Assembly (NCBI RefSeq): GCF_036321535.1
Contig: NC_087437.1
Coordinates: forward strand, 77,192,001-77,256,000
Origin: Camelus dromedarius
Lineage: Eukaryota
Direction of reading: 5' to 3'
Length of the DNA stretch: 64,000 nucleotides
Under the pieces are notes generated by a model. It ran no database searches, was not told the origin of the DNA, and saw only the letters and a program-made list of their open reading frames with translations. Positions within the stretch are counted from its first letter, which is position 1; the number at the start of each line of letters is the position of its first letter. Positions 23,690 through 36,849 of the stretch are shown here, one piece after another. The position numbers and the translations under genes are program-made.

Positions 23690-25170
23690 CTTTCAACAGC
23701 ACTTGAGTCATTATTAAGCACCTTCTTTGTGCTAGGTACTGTTAAAAAGGCACTGAGGAGGCAATGATGTCTTAGTAGTCCATTGAAGCTGCTTATGACA
23801 AAACACCATAGACTTTGAGGCTTATAAACAGCAGAAATTTATTTCTCACAGTCTTGAAGACTGGACAGTCCAAGATTATGGTGCTGGAAAATTCAGATTC
23901 TGGTGAAGACCCTCCTCCAAGTTGCAGACTGCTGACCTCTCTGTGCCCTCTCTGTGGAAGGGGTGAGCTAGCTCTCCGGAACCTTTATTATTAGAGCATT
24001 AATTTCATTCACGAGGACTCTCCCCTCATGACTTAATTGCCTCCCCGAAGCTCCAGTTTCTAATACTATCGTACATGGCATTAGAATTACAACATGTAAG
24101 TTTGAGGGTGGGAGTTGGGCACAAACATTCAGACCATAGTAAATGGTGAGTAAAAATAGTATTCCTCTTTCATAGATTCACAGCCTAGAAGAGATGACAA
24201 ACATAAAATAATAATACAAATAAATGTAAAAATTCAAATGGGCAGGAGGAACAAAGGAGAGGTATGTGGTATTATGAATTTCTATGAAAGAGGAATTTAT
24301 CCTGTTTAGAAAGATCAAGAAAGGCTTCCATGAAGAAAAACTTATTGTGCTGAAATTGAAAAAGGAGAAGAGTTAACTAGATAAGAAAAGAAGAGAGATT
24401 TTTGCCACCTCGAAGGGAAAATATCCTGTGGTGAAAGAAAGAGAGATAAAGAAATGGTACAGAGAGACCCACATGCCTGGAGAACAAAGAGGAAGTTAAG
24501 ACTAGAGATATAGACAGGGCCAACACGATGCAGGGCCTGATAGACTGTGAGGACAAGCTTTGTCTTTATCCAAAGAGCAATGGACAGCTTTGCTTATTCA
24601 GAGATATGACATGATTAAATAACACTTTAAAAAAAGAAAAAGAAAAAGATCATTCTGGTAAAATCTCAAGAGTTAATTCAAGAGTATCTAGAGTAGTAAA
24701 AGATAATAAGGTAACACTAGTTAAAAGGTGATTGTAATTGAGCAAGGAATTTATTATGGTAGTTTTAGTGACCAGTGATGGTGGAGATGGAGAGAATGTA
24801 CTAAGAAGGTAATATCAGATGGAACTAGGTGGTAGGCTGAATAAGAAATCTGAGGGAGAGGGACCTGTTAGGACTGTCAGACCGACTCCTGGTCTCCTGG
24901 CTTGTGTACAGGGTGGATAGTGAAGTCAGTCACTGAGGTAATGGACACTAAAAGAGGACCAGAAACCAGTGAAAGATGGTAAGTTTGGTTTAGGATACAG
25001 TGAGTTCGAGATGTCTTAAACAGATATTCAAGAGATTTCCATAGGCATTAGATTTATGAATCTAGAGTTTAGAGGAGCAGTCTTACATAAAAATTTAAAT
25101 GCCTAAATTATCTGAATAAAGATGCTCACTGAACCTACAGCTGTGAAAGCATGAAGAGTGAGAAGAGGAT
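23690..25170 (-). mobile_element. L2 LINE 3' portion, interrupted by MLT1A
   Basis: Antisense L2 terminus 'attattaagcaccttctttgtgctaggtactgtt', followed by purine-rich antisense L2 body ('aaaggcttccatgaaga', 'gtgagttcgagatgtct'). Confidence 0.8.
23768..24141 (-). mobile_element. MaLR solo LTR (MLT1A-like)
   Basis: 'tgtcttagt...cagaaatttatttctcacagt...cacaaacattcagaccatagta'. TSD aatga / aatgg. Confidence 0.9.
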
Positions 25171-25214
25171 CAAGCCTAGGCTTGGAAGGGAAACATACCT
25201 TGGAAACTTACCAT

Positions 25215-25410
25215 GGGTTTTAAGATAGTGAGAACGTGGGCAAGTCACCTCTCTCTCTTTCTTTTTTAGTTTTGTTCTTTTCTAAACTTTATTTTCCTTA
25301 TTTGAAAATGAGCATGTCTTCCTAGGGTGGTTGTTGGATTAATTAAGTCACCATGTGAAGTAGCTTCCATGTGTCTTGCAACTGAAAGTTTAATAAGTGG
25401 TAGAAATAGG
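25215..25410 (+). mobile_element. MIR SINE, decayed
   Basis: 'gggcaagtcacctct...ttttccttatttgaaaatgag...tagggtggttgttggattaa'. Confidence 0.6.
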
Positions 25411-26599
25411 GATGCTGCTGATGGGGACTGGTGGTGGTGGTGGTGATTTTATTTCCACTGACCAGATAGTTACACATTAAAGCAACAAGAACTTTGGTTA
25501 AAGTGCTAGTCCTTTGAATTAAAATCCTTCTGAAAACTTTTTAGACATGTCATAATTTTTTTTTAAGCAAAGGAAGCTGAAAATGATTTTTCACTGATGA
25601 CTTAGGGTCATCATTTGAACATCATTTCTTTTTAATGGGCTCTCATATTTTCAGAGGTGAAATATTTAAGCCATAATTCTAATTAGAGTCAAATTTCTAA
25701 TCTGATTTTAGCTGCTCATTATAGGATTCTGTCATGACCACCCCTAAGATTTTGCTTTTAATCTGCTTAAAATCAGATAACCAAGTTTATTAGAATTGTA
25801 ACTAAAATGAATGTAGATAAAACACAACTTAATTGACTCTGGAAAAAGCACATGGGTTTTATGACATTTATTGAGATAGATGAGGAATCATAATTGCTTC
25901 CTTCCTGATTGTTTGCTATCTTTCAGGTTGTTGAGATTGCCAGATGGTATATATGTAAGAAGGCCTGTATATGTTAATGCACATACATATTTTGAGTAAT
26001 TTCTCTTAACCACGAATTCAATTTACATGGAATTATATGTAGATATATGTGTTATGTATTTAGTTTAATTCACTCGTTTAATAAATTTTTCACATCCATA
26101 AAACTATCCTTATGTATTATCTCAGTTACAAACTCAAGAAGACATGAAACATTTAATAGAGAAACACACACACACAGTATGTCTATGTCTACTTTTCTCA
26201 ACAAAGTAAAATAAAAATACAAGCAAAGAGGGAAAATACAGACTATGGAGGAATATCCCATCTAATATTAAGAGAAATTTTATGATATAATCCCATTTAA
26301 GAAATGTTAAGGCTATAAGTGAGGGAGGAAGGTAAGTATGTGTGTTTTAATTATGCAGAAAGAGAAGTAAACGATTCACCAAAATACCAATGGTAGTTAC
26401 CCCAGGGTGGTAGAATTTCAGATACTCTATTAGTTACAATACTTTTATACTTATTCAAATTATTTAAGATAGACATGCATCACTTCTATTATCAGCAAAA
26501 TTGGATAACAAATCAAAACAAAATTTTAGAAAGAAGTGGAAACTTCTGAAGGTTTTAGTGAGCAAGAGTTGATATTTAGAAAAGAATTTTTAAATGCTC

Positions 26600-27216
26600 A
26601 TTATTATGATTTAAAGAATATCACTCATATTCTATGTATTTATCTTTCATTGTATATTTTTTCAACTAAAAACACAAAGAGTTTTAAATGAAATAATTTG
26701 GAGGGAAAATAAAAATCAACATTCCATTGCTTCACTGTTATGGCAAGAAGTAACTACTTTCTGCTCTTTTAGTTGTTTCTACTATTAGTTACCATCAGAT
26801 ATCTAAATAATATGCTTTTACTATACTGATTTATTTATCCTGTAGAGATCTTCCCAGGATAAATTAGAATTTAAGTCACTCAGAGAATCTCGTATTCTCT
26901 TTTTCATCTGGCCAATATTATTATAATAATATTTTCATTTCCCTATTTAGTTTTTTTTTGTAAATTTATGTAACATGTTTAAACCTTTATTCCTTGTTTT
27001 ATAAATCAGGCTTCTCGTAGGATGAAATTATGAATACTCTTAACTACCATTTTCCCTGTTCCACATCTATTCCACATCCCAGTCTCTTAATTTTACAATG
27101 TCAAGCTTGAAAAGATTTAAATGCTGTTGGAAATCACATCCATTCTTTTTTATGCTTTGTCTTTAGGCTGACTCAAATACAGAAATAAATGAAAAATGTT
27201 TAAGTTGTTGTAACTA
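26600..27216 (-). mobile_element. Old L1 (L1MC4/5-like) 3' fragment
   Basis: 'ctctttttagttgtttct...atatctaaataatatgctt' is the reverse complement of the L1MC4-type end. Confidence 0.6.
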
Positions 27217-27817
27217 TGCATCAGTAATCTATTGCTTCATAACAAATTACCACAGACTTAGTGGTTTACAATAACATACACTGTTTTTTTTTTTTAACAT
27301 TTTTCTATTGAGTTATAGTCATTTACAATGTTGTGTCAATTTCCAGTGACATACACTGTTAACTCACAGTTTCTGTGGGCCAGGAGTTTGGGACAGATTA
27401 GCTGGGCTCTCTGCGTCACTGTCTCACATGACTGCAGTCAAGGCATTGGCCAGGGCTGTGGAAGAATCAGCTTCCAGGTTCACATGGTTGTTGGCAGAAT
27501 TCAGTTCCTTGAAGGCTGTAGGAATCAGAGTTTCAGTTTCTTGCCAGGGTCTGGGCAGTGACTAACCTTAATTCTGTACCGTAGGAGACTCTTCATAGAG
27601 TACCTCACATCATAGCAGCTTACATCACCCAAAGCCAAGGTGGGAGAGGGTAGGTTAGCAAACATAATTACAAATTCATGTAATCAATGAAATGACATCC
27701 TTTTACACTGGTTAGAAGCAATTCATAATTCTTGATTTAATGGGATATGATTACACAAGATCAAGAGTACCAGGAGGCAAGGATAATTGTGGACCCTCTT
27801 AGAGTTTTTCCACCACA
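27217..27817 (-). mobile_element. MaLR solo LTR (MLT1E-like) containing a 63-bp L1 insertion
   Basis: 'tattgcttcataacaaattaccac', 'tcacagtttctgtgggccaggag', 'ggttgttggcagaattcagttccttg'; ends 'caccaca'. Confidence 0.85.
27286..27348 (-). mobile_element. Ultra-short camelid-type L1 3' terminus
   Basis: poly(T) followed by 'aacatttttctattgagttatagtcatttacaatgttgtgtcaatttccagtg'. Perfect 12-bp TSD acatacactgtt at 27274-27285 and 27349-27360. Confidence 0.9.
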
Positions 27818-28151
27818 GATTATATAATTACTGTTCTTTGCAGAGCCTACTAATGTATTTGATTATGTCCTTTTCTTTTATAACTTTTCCCAAAGTTTCT
27901 AATTTTTTTCTTTTTGGGGGAGGTACCATCTATCTTTATCATAAACTCGTTCTTCACCTGAAAAAGTGATATCCAATCAAATATTGCATTGAGTTTTTCT
28001 TTCCAGAGATCGTCTTCTTGGGGACCTCTACCTCCTGCTCCTATTTGGATTAGTCAGTCTCTAGGTTTGGGATAACATTCTAGGATTTTTATTCACTATT
28101 TTTCTACGTTCCATCTTTAATTTTTGTCACATCACCTCTTCAGTCTAGTTA

Positions 28152-28560
28152 TGTTTAGTCAATAAGTATTTGTTGGGTGGCTACCATGTGGCAGGGAGTG
28201 TCCTAAGCTCTTGGTATCCAGTAGTGAAAAATAAAAGCAAAAATCCCTGTAGTTGTGAAACTTATATTCTAGTAGAGGGAGACAGACAATATACAAAGTA
28301 AATGAGAAGACTATATAGTTTGATGTTGATAGATATTTAGAAAGAAAACAAAGAAATAGAAGAAAGACAGGAAGGGTAGGGATTGCCTATGAATGGAGAA
28401 GTGTTGGAAAGGTAGACAGGTACATTTTAAGCAAGATAGGCAGGGAAGATCTCACTGAGAAGGGGGTAGTTGAGCAAAGACCGGAAGGGCATGAAGGAGT
28501 GAGCACACGAGTATCTGGAAAGCTCTCTAGGCAAAATGAATCACAATACAAAGATTCCTT
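28152..28560 (-). mobile_element. L2 (L2a-like) 3' end
   Basis: 'tcaataagtatttgttgggtggctaccatgtggcagg...aaaaatccctg...cttatattctagtagagggagacagacaat'. Confidence 0.85.
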
Positions 28561-29164
28561 TACATTGAGGTAAGGGCGCTCTGTACCACGTCACGCTGCC
28601 ATCTCAGGCAAAACTCTTGGGGTCAGAAATTATTGCCTGAACCAAAAATATATTTGATGAGTGTCTTTACAGGAAAATTCTGCAGAGTGGAGATGTTCTA
28701 TACTAGGATGGGACTGACCCACCCAAGCAGGTCTTCTAAGGGAGAGTCTAACCACAGCACACACAAAGAAGATTGAATAGAGCAGGATGGTTGAGGGGGA
28801 CCCGGCAGAGGCCAGGAGGCAGCAGCACTAATAATAAAGCAGAGGTGGAGCAGTGGAGAAACACAAAGTTGAAAAATAAGAAGAAGTGGAGGGAGGCGGA
28901 GGCAGTACAAATCTGAATGTAGAAAACGTTGAACTCCCAAGTTGCTGATGGTAAGGCAGCTCGGGGAACATGAACAGTGTCCACATCTCCCCATCTTCTG
29001 ACAGATTTGTTTCCTCTATTTCTTGTGCTTTTTACCATAAAACCCTGTTCTCAGAGGTAACTGAAGCTGCCTATGCTTTACAAACGAAAAGAACCACTAA
29101 CAACAAAACAATTCTTTCTGCTTTCCTTTATTAGCTGCTTTACTTATTTTTCTTTAATACAACT

Positions 29165-29234
29165 TAAAACTCAAGACAGGTTTGGAGTATGTACATTTTT
29201 AAAACTCAAGACAGGTTTGGAGTATGTACATTTT
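29165..29234. repeat. Perfect 35-bp tandem duplication
   Basis: taaaactcaagacaggtttggagtatgtacatttt occurs twice in tandem. Confidence 0.95.
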
Positions 29235-31809
29235 CAGCAGCATTAAAGCCAGTCTACCCTGTAACCATTCACTTGCTTTTGCCCTGTTGGGGGTATCTGA
29301 GGAGGTGTTTCCCCCCTGCCCCACCAACGGATTTGTAGCATCCCTATAGCAAAGAGAATTTTAGTGTTTTTCAGATGGAGTTTTTGGTTCTTGTCTCCTC
29401 CTGTGCCTGTACCTGTGACTGAGGTTGTAAATGTATGTTTCTGCTAGACTATTAACAAACATGTTTCCCACCCTTTTTCATATAATCGCTGTCTTGAATC
29501 TCAGTCCATTAGAGCAAATGTGGGGGGCAAGTGTGCATCCCCACCTTGGGCAATTGCCCCATAACCTCTCTCTCTGCATTAGATCCTCAAGGCCTACTGA
29601 CTGAATTTTCGACTCTAGGAGACTAATGTATTTATAATACCTCGCAGCACAAATTAGACCAGTGAGTACATGACTGTTGCACTTTAAATAGTCCGTTACT
29701 TAAAGACAGGAGCAATTACTGATCACTGGCTTCAAAGCAGTGCTTCACATTTGTACATTTTAACTGCCTCCTGTTCCAGTGGGATAAGTAACATAAAAAC
29801 ATCATTTCTTTCCTGTTTTCTCTCTGGTAAATCTTTACCTTTCATGTTACAATAACTGGGGAGTAAGTGCCCCTAATAAAATGTGCTTAAGTGTGGTAAT
29901 TCAGCAGAAACATGCACGTTAGTCACTGGCGTAGACTTTTAGTAGTCGTAGTCCCCATTTTTCCCCATGAAAAGAACTGAGTACAGTTATTGCTAACAGA
30001 ATGTAACTCATACCACAATTACTTTGCTAAGCTCAGCTTCTGAAGTGTGAAAAACTATGAAATTTTAAAAATAAGACGTAAGCTATTTTGTATTCATTTT
30101 AGAGTGTTCTCTCATCCATGGTTTCTTTTTTAAAATCTGGGTGATTATAAAGCATTTTTTGCACTGGTAAATTACTTGATCTGTTAGTATTGTACTGTTA
30201 AACTTTTGCTGCTACTCCTTTAGTCTAAATGGCACAACATGGAAAAAATACACTGAATTTTTGGTAATGATAAAATGACTTTACTGTTTATTAATCCAAG
30301 CTTGAATTCTCCAGTGCATTGGCTTAAATCATCATTTCCATCGTCATGGAATTTCAGTTGTTTCAGACAATGTCTTTAAAATTATTTCAACATACTAGAA
30401 GAGAATTATTGCTTCACAAGGGAGAAATTCTGTCAGGAGCAAAGCCAAGATTCCAGGGGATATAAATCCTATTTTCATGTAAATATATTTGATGAGGAGA
30501 ATAGCAGAGGAATAAGAAAATGGGAGATGGATGGTCTAAATGAAGCTAAGGGCTTCAGATTGACAGATTAATGTATAAAAATATCTGTGCTAGTTGAATC
30601 AACTGATGAGACCTCTGTGGTAATGCATCAAAGGTTGCTGGTGTGATATTTGTATGGGTGACTAAGTTTTGCACGAAGAGTAGAAAACCTGTTTTGCAGA
30701 CACGCCTCTGACTTCAGCTTGCCATCTTGTAAGTATGAGGTGATGGGGCAAAAATGTTTGTTGGTCCCACATGATTTCAATCAAAACCTCGAGCACTGGT
30801 CCCATTGAGTGTTAGTAGTAGCCTTTTGTTCCTATGGAAAAAACATAGTTAATGTTGTCAGAATATTCAAGTTCTGCTAATTACTTACACCTAGCAGGCA
30901 CTTAATAACTATTTGCTACATAAAGAAATGCCTGATTCTGTGGGTTCACATGATGCAGTCACTATGCAGTTACACAGGTACCTGCGGAAATAAGAGATGA
31001 TAGTCGTAAAGGACAGAAGGAGGTTGAAGTCGAGGTAGGAGAAGAAACCTGAGAAAGCTTTCCAGAATTTTGCCTGATTAGCCTTCTACTCGCTCTATAG
31101 AAGCAATGTTGAGGGAGAGGTGAGACGTGAGATGAAGCCTTCTAGACGGAGGGGACCGTGTGAACCAAGACCCAGGGTGAAAAGAGCTCTGATACTTCAG
31201 GACTGCATAGACTTGTCATTAAGGATAAAACACTTCCCTCTCTGTTGTATCTCCCATATTATCTTGAGTTAACTTCATGTTATTTTCGGGAAATAAAGAA
31301 ACACACAATTTCTATTTGAAGCTAAAATTACACATAGTTCTGCCTTAAGATCTTTTGGTCTGCCTTAAAGGATCTTTTGGTCCATATCTGAATAGAGAAT
31401 TTTAGTCTGAAAAAAGTTTAGTTTTTCATCACTTCCCCACACCCACCACAACCAGGGCAACCTTCAGTGCACACGTCCCATGAGCTTCTGTATCTACGTT
31501 TGTTATAACAGAATAAACTTTAGAGTTAGTTTGTTTCCTTTAGTGTTTACCAACCCTTACCAATGCTGCTATATATTTGGGGCAAGGATTTTTTTCTCTT
31601 AGATTTAATAGAGCTCATAAAAAGCTCACTCCACCTAAGTGAATTCAAAGATTTGCAGGGAAAAATAGGCAAATTTTTAATAGTGCCTGGAGGAAATAAA
31701 GCTTTATTAAATTGTTATGTTAAAATAAAAACAAACACCGAACAAAGAAATAGTAAGTAATAAGAACTGCTAAATAATTTGAAAGGAACTTGGTAGTTAG
31801 CAAGGTAAG

Positions 31810-31840
<31 letters not shown>

Positions 31841-32207
31841 GTTTTAAATGGCTGATTGAAAGGAGAGAGAGAAGAAAGTCCTGTCTTTCATAATGTTGAT
31901 GCTTAGAATCTACATAGTACCTCTGATCTTGACCATCATCTCCCAAGTGCACAAAAGTTCTAGAGATGTTAGGAGGTGGTCAGTGTTTTTCTCACTCTAA
32001 AGTAACCATTTAGCAACACAAATTATGCAAGGCCAACCACAACTGTGAAATAAAAGTGGAAATATGAATTGCACATTCCAATGTACCGTGGATTTTCTTG
32101 TACTCACTTCCACCTTTTAAACTAGCACTAATAGAGCAAATGCGAACAGTAGTTTAAGAATGATCACCCAAATAACTGTTCTTCCTTCTTCACTAATTAT
32201 ATTATGC

Positions 32208-33810
32208 TCTTTCCAGTTTTATTAAGATATAATTGGCATATAAACTTGTATTAATTTAAGGTATACAACATAATGATTTGATATATGCATATACTAGGAA
32301 ATGACTAGCACAGTAAGTTTAGATAATATCCATCACTGGACATAATTGCACATTTTTTGTGTGTGATGAGAACTTTTAAGATCTATTCTTTCAGCAACTT
32401 TCAAATGTACAACAAAGTATTGTTAACTAGAATAACCATGCTGTACATTACATCCCCAGAACTTATTTATCTTTTAACTGGAAGTTTGTGCCTTTTGACC
32501 ACCTATACTCATTTCTCCCACCCCCAGCCCCTACTCTGTTCTCTGTTTACGTGAGTTTGCTTTTTTAAGATTCTGCATATAAGTGAGTCATACAGTATTT
32601 GTCTTTCTCTGTTTAAGTTTTTTTACTTAGCATAATGCCCTCAAAGTCCATTTATGTTGACACAAATGGCAGGATTTCTATCTTTTGATGGCTGAATAAT
32701 AGTCCATTGTGTATATATATGATAGATGTATCACATTTTCTTCATCCATTCATCAGCCAGTGGATACTTAACTGTATATTTCCAAACCTTGGCTATTGTA
32801 CATAATGCTGTGATAAACATGGGAGTGCAGATATCTGTTCAAGATTGTGATTTTGTTTCCTTGGGATATATACCCAGAAACAGAATTTCTGAATCATACA
32901 GTAGTTCTATTTTTAATATTTTGAAGAACTTCCGTACTGTTTTCCATGCTGGCTGTAACAATTTACATTCCCACCAATAGTGCTATAGAGTTCTCTTTTC
33001 TCTACATCCTTGCCAACACTTTTTATCTCTTTTTGACGACAGCCATTTAACAGGTGTGAGGTATTATCTCATTGTGGTTTTGATTTGCATTTCCTTGATG
33101 ATTAGTGATGTTGAGTATGTTTTCTAGTATCTGTTGGCCATTTGTATGTCTTCTTTGGAAAAATGTCTATTCAGTTCTTCTGCCCATTTTTAAATCAATT
33201 TTTTTTTTTTTTTTGCTATTGAGTTGTATGAGTTCTCTATATATTTTAGATATTAACCCCTTATCAGATATATAATTTGCAGAGATGTTCTCCCATTCTG
33301 TAGATTGTCTTTTCATGTTGTTAATCATTTCCTTTGCTGTGCATAAGCATTTTAGATCAATGTAATCCCACTTGTTTATTTTGCTTTTGTTGCCTTTGCT
33401 TTTGGAGTCAAATGCAAAAAAAAAAAAAAACAATCATCAACAAGGAGTTTACCCTCTATATTTTATTCTAGAAGTTTTATAGTTTCAGGTATTATATTCA
33501 AATCTTCAGTACATTTTGAGTTGATTTTTGTGTATGGTATAAGATAGAGGTCCAGTATCATTCTTTTGCATGTGGCTTTTCCAGTTTTCCCACCACCATT
33601 TATTGAAGAGACTATCCTTTTCCCTTCTGGGCACCTTCATAATAAATTAATTAACCATATATACATGGGTTTATTTCTGGGATCTCTATTCTGTTTCCTT
33701 GATTTGTTTGTTTTTATGCCAACTACTTACTATTTTGATTACTATAGCTTTGTAATATAGTTTGAAATTAAAGAGTGTAATTTCTCCAGTTTTGTTCCTC
33801 TTTCTTATAG
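32208..33810 (-). mobile_element. L1 (L1MA9-like) 3' 1.6 kb, including the ORF2 C-terminus
   Basis: ORF 33167..33433 contains [18 protein letters not shown]...[24 protein letters not shown] (L1 ORF2). L1MA-type 3' UTR 'gagaacttttaagatctattctttcagcaactttcaaat'. Confidence 0.92.
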
Positions 33811-34759
33811 TTATGTCATTGCTTTGTATAATTAATTAAATAGTAGAATTAGTGAGAACAAATTTTACTTTATGACTTTTCCCTTTAACAAAAACTGTAT
33901 ATATGCCACCAGAGATAATTAATTTTCTCTTTATGAAGTAATAGACAGAGAGGCTCTTGGAATTTTCAGTATTTCTTATGTGGCAGATTCAATGGAAAAA
34001 TAAATTAAATCTAGGATATTTTTGAGCAAATGACTGCCATAGTCCTGTATCAGAATGACTCTAATTTTTAATATTTGATTTTAGAATGTCTTTATTTTAC
34101 AGTGTTATAATTTATGTAAAATAATAATCCATTGTATAAAATGAAAATTACATTTTTCTTATCTTCAAAATTGCCTGTACATTCAATTTTATTATATATT
34201 ACACACCTGATCTTGTTTAATTACAATAACCCTAGAAGTTAAGACCTCACATTAGTTTTTTTTTTCTCTTTTTAAATCAGAAAGAAGTTGAAAAAGTTGT
34301 TAAAGGATACTCAGCAAATCAGTGATGAATCCAAGATTCACAACCAGCTTTGTGTAGAAAAAGATCCAAGGCTTGATCACTACATGATGATACATTTTTA
34401 AAAAGTGAAAAATATGACATATGTATATTTGGGAATCATACTGTCTTAATGAGACTGTAGTTGGAAACACTTTGCTTAAAAATTTAGTGTTAGGGGACAC
34501 AAAATGGTTTTAGTTACTCAGATTAACAAAAAAAGTTGATGGAAAAGAAAGCTAGGAAAGGAACGTGCAGACAACCAAGAGACTAGACGATTCAATCTGT
34601 GGCAAAATCAAGGTGTTTCATGGTCATCTCTTAAAAATTTGATCCTCATCCTGCAGAGATGGCTCTTTGCCCTCAGCCTTCATGTTCCAGTAGTGCAAGA
34701 GGTTTTTCATAGGTATTATCCTTGATTCTGCTCTGTTTTGTGTATTACTTACAAGTATA

Positions 34760-35347
34760 TGTAGAGAGGGAAAAAACCTTTCCTCTGTCTTCTTATATTC
34801 TGTTACTGAAGCCTACAAATTAAACTTAACAAAGGACAGTTTAACAGGAGAAAAGAAACACAAATTTTATTTTTAATGTTATGTGCACAGGGGCTGCACA
34901 GGGAAGGAAAAAAAAGTCCCAAAAAGCAGTTTGATCTGGGGGCTTATGTACCATTTTATTTAATAAAGGGCAATAAATTATGGAAAAATGACCAAAGGAG
35001 AAAGTTTTAGGTCTTCTAGTAATGGTAGATTATGGGAAAGTAAACATATGAGGGGAGCTAATGCTAGATCAGGGTTATACAGTAAAGTTATTTTATTCAA
35101 CTCATCTTGGTTCCGTCTCCATTTCTGGTGATGGTGTTGTTTTCCTCTTTTTGGTAGTTTGAAGTGGGAAGTTATGACACCTTCACACCTTCACACCTTC
35201 ACCAGGGGAATTTACTCCCTGCTTTTAGGGAGATGGGGGAGGTCAGAGAGCTCTTCCTGGGTCTGTTTGTTCTTAATTGCCTTTAGCTCAAAATAATCCG
35301 TATGACAAAGTTGCATATTTTAGAATGCCGTATTCTGATCCCCTTCA
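34760..35347 (-). mobile_element. ERV1 solo LTR (MER34A-like)
   Basis: 'tgtagagagggaaaaaac...acagtttaacaggagaaaag...gaggtcagagagctcttcctg...gctcaaaataatc...tattctgatccccttca'. Flanks tata / taca. Confidence 0.85.
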
Positions 35348-36199
35348 TACACAAGCTACCACATGAAGTTTAAAAACAGTTATGTTTTCTGACGGATCTT
35401 CTCGGTCCCCAAATATTAAACTTAGATAACATCCTTTTTCAAGCTTGACCTTGTAACATAATTGCTTCCAGAAACTTTATTATGTTGTTAGTTTAGAAGT
35501 CCTTTTTAATCCTGGATTAAAGGGAAAGATTTGGATGATAATGAATATATATTCTAAAAGCAAAAGAACATAATAGAAGGCTTTGGTTCACAAAGCTTTG
35601 ACTATTTATATCTGTTCCTTTATAGAAAATGTTTGCCAGTTCCCTGTCCAGAGGTTGGTTTCACTCAAAAGAGGTTTTCTGCTTGGACTTCAGAATGTAC
35701 TTCAGGATGTTTAAAAACAACAACAATCATAAAAATTTATATTGCTCTGTTTTCTGAAGTTATGTAGCAATATACAACTTGGCATGCCTTTTAGCATTGG
35801 GATATCTGTGTGCTGTTGTGGGGGTGGGGGGGTGGGGAGGTTGGTGTGTCTATAGAATTGAACCTCACCTTGCGGGCTTAAAGAAGACAGAAAATCATTT
35901 CATAAACTTATTTTGTTTACTATAAATGATATTTTGATATTAACAGAAATGTTGCTTAATGAGCAATGAATGGTTAAAGGAAATGGAGAATTTAAGTCTC
36001 AATCTTAAATCTTATGCAAAATACACATATTTAATGATCATACATATTTTAGTTCAAAATGAAATTTCCTATCTTCAGCTCCCTGGAGACTCAAGAATTC
36101 TCAGTGACATGAAGAGAATTAAAAGTGGACAGAACTAGAACTGCAGCAAAAGCCCCTGAGCCAAGACAAACTGGTACATCCTTCTGCATCTCTGTCCCC

Positions 36200-36260
36200 A
36201 GGTGGCTTCAAGTGGATGATCTCTAAGATGCCATCAAGTTCTGACAATCTGTGACTAGCA
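36200..36260 (+). mobile_element. MIR3/L3 3'-tail fragment
   Basis: 'ggatgatctctaagatgccatcaagttctgacaatctgtga'. Confidence 0.6.
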
Positions 36261-36399
36261 ATGGTAAGCGGTCCCACCAGAAAGCTTGTGTTTTTGGTCA
36301 TAGATATTATTTGAAGGGGTACTACTTATATTTTCTGCAAAGTATCCACCTTGCTGGCTGTTAATTTCTTGTTAGGGACTAGACATTATAATCAGAGCT

Positions 36400-36600
36400 T
36401 TGTGGTATTCTCACATAATTCTCAACTTGAGGTAACAGCTATTGCTGTTCTTTTTTTTTTTTTTTTACGCACATGAGGAAACTAAGCTCAACAGAAGTTT
36501 AGATTATTTGCCCATGTTAATAAAACTAAGAAGTATCAAAACTGGGATTTAAACATGATTTTATTTCAAAACCTAAATTACTGACCCTGAGCTATGTAAA
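36400..36600 (-). mobile_element. MIR SINE
   Basis: 'atgaggaaactaagctca...ttgccca...actgggatttaaac'. Confidence 0.75.
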
Positions 36601-36849
36601 GTTTCAGATCTCAATGGCCCCCTCTGAAACTCTTTATTTTCTGTAAATTTGAGGAAATATCTTTTGAAAAGCAAAAACCTTAAGTTTGTCTGCCTAACAT
36701 TTTCTCTCTCAGTTAAACCTTTGACAAGAATTAGGGAAGGTAGGAAGGAAGAGGGGAATATGAGAAGGGAGCAGCTGTCCTGAGAACAGTAAATGGGCAC
36801 CTAGCAAAGAGAAACTTTACTTTGGTTATTATGTTGCCTAAGACAGGCC

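Noticed and set aside
29165..29234. CRISPR-like direct repeat
   Set aside because: Only two abutting copies with no spacer, in mammalian DNA.
35177..35200. (acaccttc)3 repeat
   Set aside because: Simple slippage expansion inside the MER34-like LTR.
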